Origin: Monocercomonoides exilis PA203
Lineage: Eukaryota > Protista > Preaxostyla
Length of the DNA: 64,000 bases
Assembly (NCBI GenBank): GCA_001643675.2
Contig: LSRY02000001.1
Coordinates: 992,001 to 1,056,000 of the forward strand
Direction: 5' to 3'
This document shows, in pieces, positions 12,800 to 25,399 of the stretch. Below the pieces are notes generated by a model. The model saw nothing but the letters and a program-made list of their open reading frames with translations, was not told the DNA's origin and made no database searches. Numbering within the stretch: the stretch's first letter is position 1; each line of letters opens with the position of its first letter. A program made the translations under genes and the position numbers.

Positions 12800-13940
12800 C
12801 AGTATGTTGGAAAACCCGAACATTTGCAAAAACCCGCACATTACATCTTGAATAATAAAAAAGTTGATGAAAATTAATAAAATGATGTTTTTTTTTTGTT
12901 TAAACTCAATGTCGTTTTCAAAAATTCATTTTTATTCTTGAATATTAACTATTTTGGTACAATTTTCAGTTGAAGAAAAATCTTGATTCTTCTCATTTTT
13001 ATTATGATGTTATCTTTCAATGATTTCATTCTTTTTTTGTTGTCAACAAAATCACTCAACTTTTAAAGAATTTTTGTCTTTGACATCTTTTTTTTATGCG
13101 AAGTTAAAAAAACCAGAAAAATTGAAATCTTTTCACAAATAATAAAATGACAAAGAATTAACTGATAATATTAACACATTACAACAGCGAAACATTGAAA
13201 ATGACTTCTATTTCATAGAAAAATCGGAAAATTACAACATTTATCTGATTTTCTTTTTAAAATGAAATAAATATGAAGAAAGTCAGTATATGAAATTAAT
13301 GAAATTCTATTGAATTCCATAATTGCATTATAACTTTAAATGGAAATTAATTTGCAGATTTGTCATAGTTGCGATCATCACATTGTCTTCAATCAAAACA
13401 ATGGGTTCAAAACTTATAATACAATTATTTCTATCCAACAACATTTTTTAAATTATTCAACTTTGAAGAAATACCTTCATGTGGTTTGTTCTTCATGTTT
13501 GATTTTGATTTTGATATCAAAAAATAATATTTTGTTCTTTTCAAAGACAATAGCACAACAATTTATAGTTTATTTTTTTCGACAAGTTTTTCAATGAAAA
13601 AGGTATATTTTTATTGTTGCAGGTTTGTGGATCACTTATTTTCTTTCACAAAAAAATTTAGTGCATTTTCTATTATGCGATTCGTTTTTTTAATTTGAAA
13701 ATGAAATAGATTGTTTTTCTCTTTTGTTTTTCTTTTTTCAAAAATGTTTTTATTTCTTTTTATTCTAAAAATTATTGTTTCTTTTCATTGAAAATGCGTA
13801 CACTTTCTTTTTTAGATAAAATAGAGTTGTTCTGATTCTTTATCAAGAATTATTGAAACTTATTGTTGGAAACAACACCATTAACAAAATGTTTGACAAT
13901 AAAATTGCATAGAGATTTCCTGAATGATTATTGTTCGATA

Positions 13941-14182
13941 TGTGTAATTCTTTTTGAAAAGTCGCAAATGTTTAATTTTCAAATAAATCAAAAATTTCAA
14001 ATCTTGATCAAATTTCGGTTCCCGCTCATGCAACTTCACTAATATGGAAATATCAACATAGTTAAGGATTTGTTTCAATGATAGCAAAATTTGGTGAGTG
14101 AAAACAGAAATTTGATAGAAATATGAAATTTTTGATTTATTTAAAAATTAAACATATGCGACTTTTCAAAAATAATTACCCA
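13941..14182. mobile_element. ~245-bp foldback MITE, family 1, copy A (inside the pogo element)
   Basis: TA|TGTGTAATTCTTTTTGAAAAGTCGC...GCGACTTTTCAAAAATAATTACCCA|TA with ~100-bp imperfect inverted arms. Confidence 0.85.
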
Positions 14183-14232
14183 TATGAAGAGATTGAAACG
14201 GCTTGTTATGTTATTCAACTTTTCACGATAGT

Positions 14233-16865
14233 TTATTTCTCACTAATCATTTTTCTTTGGATAATTTTCACTTTCATCAGAATCCGCAAAAAAAACATAT
14301 ATTGCTCAGATAATCTTTTGGGCAAACCTTTCACCGATCTCATGGAATATTTTTTGTGCAATTTTTTTTCATCCGAATCTTTTTTTTCATTGCTTGATGA
14401 AAGATCATCTTCTATGTATTCACTGCTGTCAAGATCTCTTTTTTCTCTTTTCTTTCGATTTTGAAAATTTGTCGGAATGATGATCAGTCTCTGAAGATTC
14501 ATCTTCAGAGTGATTAGAAGAACTTTACAAATCAGTAACTTGTTTTCGACCGTCTGCTTCATCCAAATGATCTGACTGACACAAAAAAAATCTATTCTGT
14601 TTGTTTTTTCTTCTGAAAACATGATCGACCAAAATATATTCTGCCACTTCTTGTGAATCAGTTGGATTCGATTCGAACTCTGATGAACATGAGTTATCGT
14701 TAGGCTCAGTATCTTCGCTAGTGTTTTCATAAGAAGCGAGGTTTGAAAGCTTTGAATCAGAAGAAGTTATTTTTGAAGATGAATGTCTTTCCTTTTTATT
14801 TTTAATCGTTTTTTGATTTATATTTGTAAAATGAACATTCTCAACTCTTTCATCATCATCAATTGACTTTTTCTCTTCAAAAACTTGCCATCCTTTTAGA
14901 ACTGCTGTTGATGTAATAAGATTACCAGAGATTGACCATCGGTTCGTCTGTCTAGCCGGTTTTACACCGAAAGGCAAGGAATCCAAAGTGAGCCTCAGAA
15001 CGTGAGATAATTGAGAAGACGTTATTCCAGCTTCGTAGAACCCATGCTGCATTACTCTTGGGGCCATCGCACAAAAAAAGCAATCTGCGATGGCTTGGAC
15101 AAAAGGAAAAAATTCTGTTTTCATTTTGCTCACACTTGGTTCATTTCGAACATTTTTCAATTGCTTTTTAAGTGCTGCATTAGGTCAGAGATCAAGTGGC
15201 TGAAAGATATGGGATGCGTGTGCTGGCAGCACAACGACATCCGCGTTTTCTTCAGAAAACTTTTGCCACAGCTGGATATTTTTTCTTGAAGAATGTCCGT
15301 CAAGAATAATAAAAGCAGAAGGAAATAAATGGCTTGTTTTTTCTTCAGATGTTTTTTCGTATTAAGTTATTTCTTTTTCCGATAAGTTTGCTTTTGTCAG
15401 CTGAGCGTCATTCTTTATCCACCAATCTCATTTATCATCTTATTCAAATAGAAACATTACTTCATCAGAACAATTTTATTGAGTTTCATCACGAAAGTTT
15501 GAAATTATACAAACATCAACTTTAGGGAATCCGTCTGATGGAATTTGAAAACTCTTTTTGTTTCGAATTGAATTTTACACTCTGAAAATTCTTTAAAAGC
15601 ATCAGATGCGGATTGGTGCAGTTGCTGCAACACTTGAATTCGATCTCCTTCCGAATACATTGTATTCGATAGTTCCAGTTTGTCAGAACAAATGGATTCC
15701 TTGTGACTTTTTTCATTATCGTACTGATCTTTGGATATTTGGGATTTTGTCGGTGAATCTGAGTTGTCTATTGGAAGAAGTTCTGATCCAGCTGATAAAT
15801 GCAATTCTATTGATTCATGATCGTCTTCATCTTGGAAATTTTGTTGTGTTGTTTTTTCACTTGTTTCATTTTTTTTCTTTTTCTGTTTGAGATTTTTTAA
15901 CATTTTTTCTTTCGTTTTCAATTCACTAGATTTCTTTTGGCGTATTTCATATTGATATTGATGAATTCTTTTTACAATTTTTCTTTGCTTCTGTATGAAA
16001 GGAAGAACATGTTCTAACATTATTTTTTCAAATAGTTCCTATGTCATCCATTCTTTTTGTGTTAAATGCAATACGAACGAATAGTCATTCCATTGTTCGT
16101 ATATTTCTATTTCATATTTTGAACATTAAAGAAGATGAGTGGGGAGATGATATCCATCAGCTCTCACAATGAATAAAAGAGTTAAATGACGAAGAGGAGG
16201 TGTTTCTAAACATGGCAAGTATTTGCATTTCTCATTAGCAGTTCTTTTTTTTTGATGATGACAATTGGACTGGCAACTTGTTTCGTCCAATTGCAATATT
16301 AAAGAAGGATGATATTTTTTCTTCAGAATTAAAGTTCGCAAATGTGAAAGAAAAGACTGAATATTTGCTTTTAACAATGCTCTCAAGCGTGCATGATCAA
16401 GTCGAACTGGACTTATCATGCGCAATTGTTTTTGCCTTGAAAAAATATCGTTAACCCATCTCAGTCTCGGTGTTTCGATATATTCAGTCGAGGCCGGAGA
16501 TCTTTCGATTCGAATTTGTCTTGCCTTGATTGGAAAATAAGTTTCAAATTTCAAAATAAAAAAATCATACTTAAAAAGGAATGCCATTAATTGATGGCTG
16601 CTACAAAATATTGTGCCAATTTAATATAATTTGAACAAGCTTCTCTTCTTCTTCCTTCGTTAAATATCGTGGCCTTCCATTAATACCAGATATCTCACCT
16701 CGTAATTCCATTCGATTTGCTCTATTTCTTCGAAAATATTCTTATCTGGAATTATTCATATTTTCTGTCTTCACTTTTTGCATTTCAAAAATTTGGTTAT
16801 TTTCCATTGACTGATTTCTGCAATATTTTTGGCTTTTTGAAAATTAAATATGGAATCTCTGCCAT
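14233..16865 (-). pseudogene. pogo-like DD35D transposase pseudogene with a large internal insertion
   Basis: GINGRP motif, intron 16525-16570, LQLDETS (D1), IILDGHSSR (D2) and HIFQPLD (D3), with 35 residues between D2 and D3; several stops and frameshifts. Confidence 0.85.
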
Positions 16866-17016
16866 TATAATAAATGTATTTTCATTCCGATTAAAAATTC
16901 ATTTATAATTTCATGTGTTTATAAAAAAAGTCTTTAATTTAACACTTAAATTATATGATGTTTCCAAAAATCCTAAGAGTGCTGGTTTTTGCAAATGTTC
17001 GGGTTTTCGCACACAT

Positions 17017-18605
17017 CATTAAAAATATATACACTAAAATAAGTCAGTTTGATGAATTACACTAACATCGTTTAATGTCTGACCATTATTTTGAAAATAA
17101 GTTAACTTGATAAAAGAAGCATTTTGCATTTCATTTTTTAAATTCCACTCCATGTTTTGTTCACCAAACAAAACAGTTATCAAAGCTCAAAACAGTTTCT
17201 TTATTTATCATCGAAAAAATGACATAAATAAAATACTGGCAGAAATTAAGGTTCGTTAAGTTTCCTGACAAAAAAAAAAAAAAAAAAAAAGAAATTCGAA
17301 TATTAAAAGGTTAAGAAATTCCAATATATTCATATTCATTGAATTCAAAATACCACAATTACTGCAACTCAAAAAGCAGATGGAAATAAAAAGGTATTGT
17401 GCAAAAGGATATATTAGAAATGAAATCGGTTGATTAACTAAAACTTCAAAAGAATCGGTTTCAAAATACGTTTTCACAAAAAAACTTATTGCTCAAAGAA
17501 TTTTCAAATGCAAACCTGGGTGTCCAACATTTCTGACAAGAAAAAACAGAATTATCGTCAAGAAAGCGCTGAAAGAAAATTTGATGCATAGGGCAGGAGA
17601 TATCCCAAAGGTCACAGGTATCCATTGAGGTCTTTCCACAGCACGATAACTGTTGCACAATGTTCCGTCCAAATACACACCACGAAAAAAAGAAACCATA
17701 CGAATCGTATTATTCAAAACAATAGAGAAAGGACTTTGCATAGTGCCATTTGAGAGACGATGACAAATGGAATTATTCCTGTTTCGCGGATGAGAAACAA
17801 ATTTCCCTTGATGGGCAAGATAGAAGATGGATGGCATGGATTCATTTAAAATGATTCTGTCACCTTCAATCATCAAAGTCAGAAACCTCGAGAAAAACTT
17901 CCTGCATGAGGTGCATTTGGTATGAATTTCAAAAGTGATTTATTAACATTTGAAAAAGCAATAAATTCAATTGATTATGTTTATGTTTTGAAGCACTCTC
18001 TGAAACAGCAAGCTTATGAAAAGTTGCATTTTTGCAGGAGATTCGTTCATAATAATGCACCTATTCATAAATCAAAGCTAGTGATAAAATATTGTGAAAA
18101 CAATCGAATTCACACAATTTCATGACCACCACACTCTTCAGTTTTTTATCCAATGAAAATGTGTGATAAATGTTAAGCGATAGGTTTTTTGCAGATGAAG
18201 TCACAAAAACATCCATTATAGAATAAAAAGAAAGACTGACAACAAATTGGAAAAGAACACCTCAATTCATGATTAATAAGACAATCATGTCTATGCACGA
18301 TAGATTGTCCGCAGTTATTGAAGCTGAAGGGAATTACACAAAATATTAAATAATTGTGAAAAATTTTTGATTTCTTTTTTTTTGTGAAATTTTTATAATT
18401 GTATTCTTTTTGGTACATTTTTTTAATTGTTATGGAACAATTTTTCATTTCATTTTATTCACAAAATAAAAATGAGTCAATTTTGATAATGACGATGTTT
18501 GTCAATTATTAAATATCATTTAACATAAAGAAAAAACACAACACACAAATATTTAAATCAAGAGAAATCAATTATAAAAATGTCGGATAGTTTTCGTTGG
18601 CACTG
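17017..18605 (+). mobile_element. Tc3/Tc1-like transposon relic (left end not identified)
   Basis: Decayed transposase ~17370-18350 with WNYSCFADEKQISLDG (cf. Tc3 FSDEKKFNLDG), FVHNNAPIH and IS*PPHS. The right end ...TTTTCGTTGGCACTG|TA at 18605 is a typical Tc1 terminus. Confidence 0.75.
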
Positions 18606-19549
18606 TATTTTTGCGGAAGCAATTCCATTTCAATTGTCAATGCTTGTGCTTTGAAGTGCGCCAAATACTGTTTCAGCAACACCATCAACGCTGACAAAGC
18701 TTTTCTTACCGAATTTTCTTCCTTATGATAACCATCTTCCTCTTTCTTGGAACAACTTCACAAAAAGGCGCATCTACCATGAGAGATCGTTGGCACTTTT
18801 TAATATCTTTCTTCTTTTTCATATTTTGCCGATCGCGCATAATTATAAATATTTTTGTGACTTCTTTTCCTCCCTTCTTTGGTACACGGAACGAGTGATA
18901 ATTTCACGAATTCAATCAAAATCTATTCTTTTAAACTTTTCTCTATAAGATATCGTTTTTAGAGAGCAATGAGGAGATTCATATATAGCCGTAATCTCGT
19001 CAGAGCTGAATGAAGCAACGGAAGATTATTATCTTTTTAGAATGTTGAATGGAAAGCACGCGAACAGATTATTCATTCGTCCATCTGCAAAGTGAGTAAG
19101 ATCATAACCAAGAAAAAAATTTTATCCTTCTTCTTCATCTTCTTAATAATTCTTATCACAATCCACACTCTTCCCATAATTTTTTTCTCTCTTTCCTCCT
19201 CTTTATTGTTCGGTTCTCAGTGGTCTTATCATCTAAATGCAAATGAATCAGTGCTCTGAACACAGTAGTGAAAGCAGAAGGAAAGCAGATGGAAAGAGGG
19301 TACATAGCGACTGGTATTTTTTTGTTATTTTGTGAAATTACATAATTTATTTGAACACAATAGGATACAATGATTTCGTTCTATAAGTGTTTTTGATATT
19401 TTCTTACTGATAATAACTGATAAATATTAATAAAAACTCAACTTTCCCATAAACAAAATAATAAATTTATGTGCAAATTGTTATTAATTAAATTTGAATA
19501 TTAAATTTGACAAAATAAAATAAATGATTAATTGCTTGATTTCTATTCA

Positions 19550-20595
19550 ATGTCAACAAGTATCAACGATTCGAGAAAGGATATTGCAGATTTGAATGAT
19601 GAATTTTCTTGTGTTTCATGTTCATTTGATTGGCTCATCAATAATGCACTGAACGTTGTCAATTAAAAATGTCCGAGATGTTTGAATAAAATGTGCATTT
19701 ATTCAAGATCAGAAACAAGAAAACAATACAGATGTGCATAATGCGACAAATCGATCAGTATATTTGAAAATACTTCTTTTTTCAACTCGAAAATACCATT
19801 GAACAAACTTCTCAGAATCATTTTGCATTTTTGTTTACAATTGAATATCACTCAAACAAATTTTCTCCAAGACATCAATTGAAAAACCCTCAGTTTTTGG
19901 TATTCTCAATGTCGTGCAATTTCTTCGAAAATCATATTTCAGGATTTTCAGCCAATTGGAGGTGATGGAGAAATTGATGAAATTGTCGAGGCTATTCGAA
20001 GAAGGAGAAAATTCCACAAGGGAAGAAAAAAATCAAAGATATGGCTTTTGGAGGTATTGAAAGAAAAAGCGAAAAATGAGGAGGAAGATTTTTTATTGAA
20101 AGGGTCAAAAATAGAAAAAAAGATTCAATGCTTCCCATCATCCTTGCAAATATAAAACACAAGACAATGATTAACAGTGACGAATGGCGTGCTTATAATT
20201 GCTTATCTGAATACGATAATTCATATATATCAGAATGCCATAAATTCACTTTCAAAAATCCACTTTCTGTGGTCTGCACGAACGGAATAGAGGGATTATT
20301 GTCCAGATTTCGTCGGTTTTTGCAGAAAACATGAGTTAACAATATGTTTATTGATGACTACAATGCAAGTTACATGTTCCACTCCTCATAAAAATGCTCT
20401 TTCATAGATTTTGTGAAAAATATTCAATTTCCTGTTCCAACAGAAGAAGAAAGCGATGATAGTGATTCTAATGAATCAGAAAGTGAAGATGAATCATGGA
20501 CTCCATTAGTTGATGATCTTGTTTCATCAACTGAAAGTGACATATATGGAGCTGGCGATGGTGAATCTGCATCTGAATATGCAGAATTTTCTTGA
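19550..20595 (+). pseudogene. ISXO2/IS1595-family transposase pseudogene
   Basis: Zn ribbon CPRC..YRCA*C, IGGDGEI, TMINSDEWRAY and CTNGIEGLLSRFRR; stops and frameshifts; acidic C-terminal tail. Confidence 0.85.
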
Positions 20596-20608
20596 AAAAT
20601 AACGGATC

Positions 20609-20849
20609 TGTCTAAATTTTTTGAAAAGTGCCTTTTGTTTAATTTACAAATATAGAAAATATTTCATATTTCGATCACATTTCTGTTCCCACTCACGAAA
20701 CTTTTCTTGAATGGAAATTATAACATTGTATAGATTTTATTTTCATAGCAGCGAAATTTCGTGTTTGAGAACCGAAATTTGATCAAAGAATGAAATTTTT
20801 GTTTTATATGATTTTTAAACAAAAGGAACTTTTCAAAAAAATTGTGACA
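20609..20849. mobile_element. MITE family 1, copy B (inside the Merlin element)
   Basis: TGTCTAAATTTTTTGAAAAGTGCCTTTTGTTTAA...AAACAAAAGGAACTTTTCAAAAAAATTGTGACA inverted arms with the TTTCTGTTCCCACTCAC core. Confidence 0.85.
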
Positions 20850-21401
20850 TCTTGGAAATATTTTTTTTTTTGAGATTAAAAATTCATTCTTTTTTTCTGC
20901 ACTTCATTTCCAAAAAAACATATAAATGCAGAACATGATTATTCTTTATGTTTCTTATCCATGAAAATTAAAATTTAAACACAAATTTTTGACCGGTCGC
21001 TATCTGACCTCTTACCAAACAGGTTAAAGAAAATGTCAAAATTTGAATTTTTGGACTGCGCATGAAAGTTATCGAGCAAATGTTGAGATATTACTCCCTT
21101 TTCAAAATTTAATCAGCACAAGCTGCATCTTTAAAACTCACATCCGCTCAATTATAGGCAAAACTTTTAAGAAAACTCCTTTTGTGTGCACTGGAACAGC
21201 CGATAATCCAAAACTTTTATGTTCATTCAGAGAGGCAGTTGCAGAAGAAAAGCAGCAACTCAGCCAAATTGCGGATCTGGATCTGCCTTTCTTTTCTTTC
21301 TGCTCTGGTAATTCATCTTCCTTTTCTAGCACATTTCTTCGCTTATGATCTTTTTCTGCACTTCATGTGAAATCACCTCCATAGTCCTCTATTTTTTCTA
21401 A

Positions 21402-24252
21402 CCCTGGGTGACGTGGTGACTTCTGACGTGACTTTTTCGATTTTTGACGGACGTAACAAAAATTTTTAAGTCACAAAAAAAAAAAGAAAGAAAGAAAAAA
21501 AAAATCAGATTTACCATTATTCATTTTTCACTGACGTGAAAGCGGCTATCGGAATATTGACACGTCACTGAAGTCAGTGACGTCAGAAGTCACTTCCCGT
21601 CATTTATACGAAAAAGATATTTAAAGGAGCAAAAGAATTGAACAAACTTGCAAAATTTGAAAATGAGAGTTTTTATTTTTTTCTGATTATCGCAACCATA
21701 AAAATTCGTGTTTATTTTCTTTTTTCTCTTATTTTAACAAAAGATCAGAATTTTAACCAAAAAACAAGGAGGAGAATTTTCATTGACTGAACATTTACCA
21801 AATATTTGCTTTGAAGAAGCGAATTTGATGCTTTATTCGCTGAATTGGATATTATTTGATTAACAAATAAAACTATTCTCCACACGCGATATGACGATTA
21901 TCATCCGTGCAAAGCAAAACAAATTACTATCAAATATCATCTTTTATCGTTTTTTGCACTCATTCAGAACTGTCTTAAATGTAACATATGAAAATAGGTT
22001 TTTTTATAAAAAAGACAATTAAAAGAATCAAATTGGCTTTCGTGAAATCAAAAAATGATTTTTGATAGTGGGCAAAGCGGGCGCAGGCTTTCTGTCTTGG
22101 CACGTTGAAATTGCAATTGAAGAAGAGAAAAGGCATCGAAATAATATGAGTCGCAAAAGAGATTATTCAAAAACAAACGAATCGAAGAAGGTAAATGCTA
22201 TAATTCTTATAAGGAAAATTGTCTTTGAAGAGTCAAAGAAAACGAGAAAGCTAAAAAAAATGCATGTTATTTTGTTTTTTCTCTGTAATGTTGTAATCTT
22301 TTCTTCTTATTTATTTAAAACAATAAAAATCAGTAATTATTAAAACATAAAATAAATATTTTCTATTTTGTAAAATAATTAAAAAGGAAAAAACAAAAAG
22401 GTTGGGTTTCAAAATGAATTTTTACTCATTTTCCCAACCTTTTCAAAAGTGTTTAGAAACACTTTATTGAAATCAAAAACAGTTCAATTCTTTCTGTAAA
22501 AAAAAATAAAATATTTCTTGAAAGCAAACGATTTCATCTTCATATTTCTTTTTTTTTGTCTTTTCAAATGTCTTCTTATTATTGATTATCTTTTCACATC
22601 ATTCTTTTTATCATTCTCATCCTCTTTCAATAACCATAAAATCAAATCCAAAAGTCTAAAGAAGCCGAATACAGCTCATTATCAAAAGTTGGCTGATGAA
22701 TATCCTTAAAAAAGGCAGAGATAACAACTACTTTCACAAAGTCATCAATTTACACTGTTCCGCATCCTATCGTGTTTGCAAAAGCATATTTCAATCGATT
22801 CTGAATTCATCTGTGATTATTCTTTACTGCTCAAAATATTTTCTCAACTCTTCTGATAAGCTCAGTGCATTCTTCGTTCCTCGATTCACAACAAGGAAAA
22901 TGATCCATAACAACTTTAAGCAATCCATCAAAATAAGCTCTTCTTTTATTTCTTTTTCTCTCTTCTCTTCTTTCTCTCTTTTCCAATTCACATGCTTTTA
23001 TGGAGCTTCCAGTTCTCTTGCTGCTTCTCTTGCAAAATGCAGTTCATTTGTGATCACTTCTTCATAAACTTCTTTGTGAAATCCATAAATCAAATAATCT
23101 TAAGTACACTGATAGGCAAGCTGAGTGAGATCACAATGATTCTGATGATTCTGGATAATCTCATTGATTTCATTGAAGTAAAGTTCTTTTTCAAATAACT
23201 AATAAAAAAATGATAATGAAATTCAAAAATATCAAAAAGGAAATAGAAATGTTCAAACGTAATATTCTCCAGTGTAACACAAAGCCAACTATGCAATTTC
23301 CACTTCCTTCTGAGTTTCTTCGGTCTTGTCTTTCTTCGAGGCAACCTTCAGAAGGTGAGGCACATAAATTGGTATCAATTCATCTGAAAGGATAGAAAAA
23401 CTCAGCAAAGCAAAGCATTCGCAAAGATCAACAAAAAGCCTTCCGTTCTTTTCTTCCTTTTTTCTTCTTCAAATATCATCTTTTGAACAATATTTTTACA
23501 ATAATAATTCTTGAAAATCATCAATCCAAGCTTCTTTCAAAGCTTTGCAATATCCAGTGCACTTCAACAAAAAATTGAATTTCCCGTTGATATTTTCTCT
23601 TCTTTAATCATTCTATCGATTTCGCTGTAAAGTTCTTTTGCTAAAACAGATTTCTATTCTTTCCTATCCATTTCCCACATCACTTCATTCATTTCATCGA
23701 TTTACCGCATGATTTTTTCATTGTAAAAACAATGCTCCAGCTTTGAAAATGATTCTTCAAAAAATAAAAAAGAAAGAAAGAAATTCACTCATCATAATAC
23801 AAACGCAAGAACATTATGCACCTGCTATCTTTTCAGCTTAATTCTTGGCCTGATTGTTAACAATGCAATCGTGTTCAGAAAGTTGTGCTTTTTTCACATA
23901 AATATTGTATAAACATTTATTTGAATTCATTCATTCGAAAAGAAATAATTATTAGACAATTCCACGAAAAAGTGACTTTTCCAACTTCATGAAACACATA
24001 TGGATTTCTCACAAGATTATTAAACAAAGCAACGTTAATAACATGATCATATTTTTATGGTTTTCATTATTATAAAATTTTTTGATAAAAAATAATGAAT
24101 ATTAGCTAAATGTTGAAAAAAAAGGATATCAGAAATATTGTTAAGAAATGTTTTTTTTTTTTTTTATTTTTTTCTTTTCTTTTTTTTTTTTTTTGGAAAG
24201 TGGAAAAGTGGTGACGGACGTGACGATCTTTTTTTCCTCACGTCACCCAGGG
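21402..24252. mobile_element. Non-autonomous piggyBac-like element carrying a host gene
   Basis: Perfect 14-bp TIR CCCTGGGTGACGTG / CACGTCACCCAGGG; flanks CTAA and TTAA; clustered GTGAC/TGACGT subterminal motifs; no transposase recognisable inside. Confidence 0.8.
22480..23790 (-). pseudogene. Decayed member of an expanded alpha-helical multigene family (Monocercomonoides-type)
   Basis: Minus-strand reading gives IDEMNEVMWEM..KELYSEIDRMIKEEKIS..LLKCTGYCKALK..LFVDLCECF..VPHLLKVASKK..ETQKEVEIA..|LFEKELYFNEINEII..LTQLAYQ..NELHFAREAARELE. Phase-0 GT-AG intron 23199-23258; many stops. Family recognised from memory only. Confidence 0.75.
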
Positions 24253-25399
24253 TTAATTTTTACATCTTTTCCTTCATTCATTTTGGTGATTATTTTTGTT
24301 ATCATATAAAAAGATCAAAAATCAAAATAATAAAATCTATTGTGGTATTTTTTGATCAACGAGTCAAATTGATTTTTCATGAGTATTTCGCTTTTCTTTC
24401 TGCAATATATATTTGTTTTATTTATAAGAACAAAAAAACATACCTTTTTTCATTAAAAAGAATTTTTTGATCAAGTTAATAAAAAGTGAACGAGAAATTA
24501 ATAAAGTTTAATCAACAAAACACATTAAAAAGACAAAAAAAAAAGATTCTTAATTTGTTAAACAAAGCTAATAAAAAGGAAAAAAAATATTTAAAGAACT
24601 TTAAAAAAATGCAACAAATATGTGAATTTTTTTTTCCGTAGAAAAAAAGATGTGCTTTTCCTTAATCTATCTGAAACATCATTAAAAAATAATTGTATCT
24701 GCTGATTAGCTCAACAGATTCAGCAAACAAAGATTGTGTTATTCAGGAAACTGCAGTTTATAAAAATAATTGACTCAACCTCGAAACTTCTCTTTTGATT
24801 CTTTATGCAAATTCAGTTAAAGCTCATTTCTCAACACACCATATCGTTTCCTTTATTTAATCTCGACATTTCTTTATTCATCTATTTTTCACTGCGTTCT
24901 TTTCCAAAGTTCCTGCTCTTGTTGCTCTGTGTTGTAATCAACATTGAATTCGCCTCAGCCATCATTCGTCTTTTGTTTATTCCATTTCTTTCCCTCTTTC
25001 ATCATCATCTTCCTCTTTCTCTTTATTATCCTTTTCTTTTGTTTTTGCTTCCTCCTCATTTCGCTCTCTCTCCATCGTCACCCTCATCGCTCCCTATGCC
25101 AACAATATCTTTCACTAAACAAGCTACTTGCTTTGATGATCAAAATTGATAGCCCCCCCGCTCTGCTTTCAAACCTTCTATCTTCTCTTTCTCTTCCTTC
25201 GGCTCTCGGCATCAGCAGCAATCAAACAATGGCATGCACAGTTCTTCCCTCCCTTGTGGAGTTTGACATGTACTGAACAGTTTATCCTTTCCCTTTTCTT
25301 TCCACTGCTCTCGCCCCTGTTCGCTCTCAGAGTCGTTTGGCAGTGCTTCATTGAACCTCCTGAGTCGTATCGAAGTTCTTTTTAATTGGCCGTTTTGTG

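Larger units (their letters stand above)
12803..17016 (-). mobile_element. pogo-type (DDE_1, DD35D) DNA transposon, defective
   Basis: Inverted ends GAAAACCCGAACATTTGCAAAAACCCGCAC (12810-12839) and GTGCTGGTTTTTGCAAATGTTCGGGTTTTC (16979-17008). The outermost bases are degenerate, so the exact termini are uncertain. Confidence 0.85.
19291..21016 (+). mobile_element. Merlin (IS1595/ISXO2-like) DNA transposon, defective
   Basis: Imperfect 25-bp TIRs starting GG (GGAAAGAGGGTACATAGCGACTGGT / ACCGGTCGCTATCTGACCTCTTACC). The flanks AAGCAGAT and AAACAGGT match 6/8, consistent with a decayed 8-bp TSD. Confidence 0.85.

Noticed and set aside
14540-14660. Chromodomain-like EYILVDHVFRRK at the transposase C-terminus
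   Set aside because: The later aromatic-cage and KW.G motifs are absent, so the resemblance is too weak.
18608-19290. Coding-like minus-strand fragment between the Tc3 relic and the Merlin element
   Set aside because: It has multiple stops and no recognisable motif, so it cannot be assigned.
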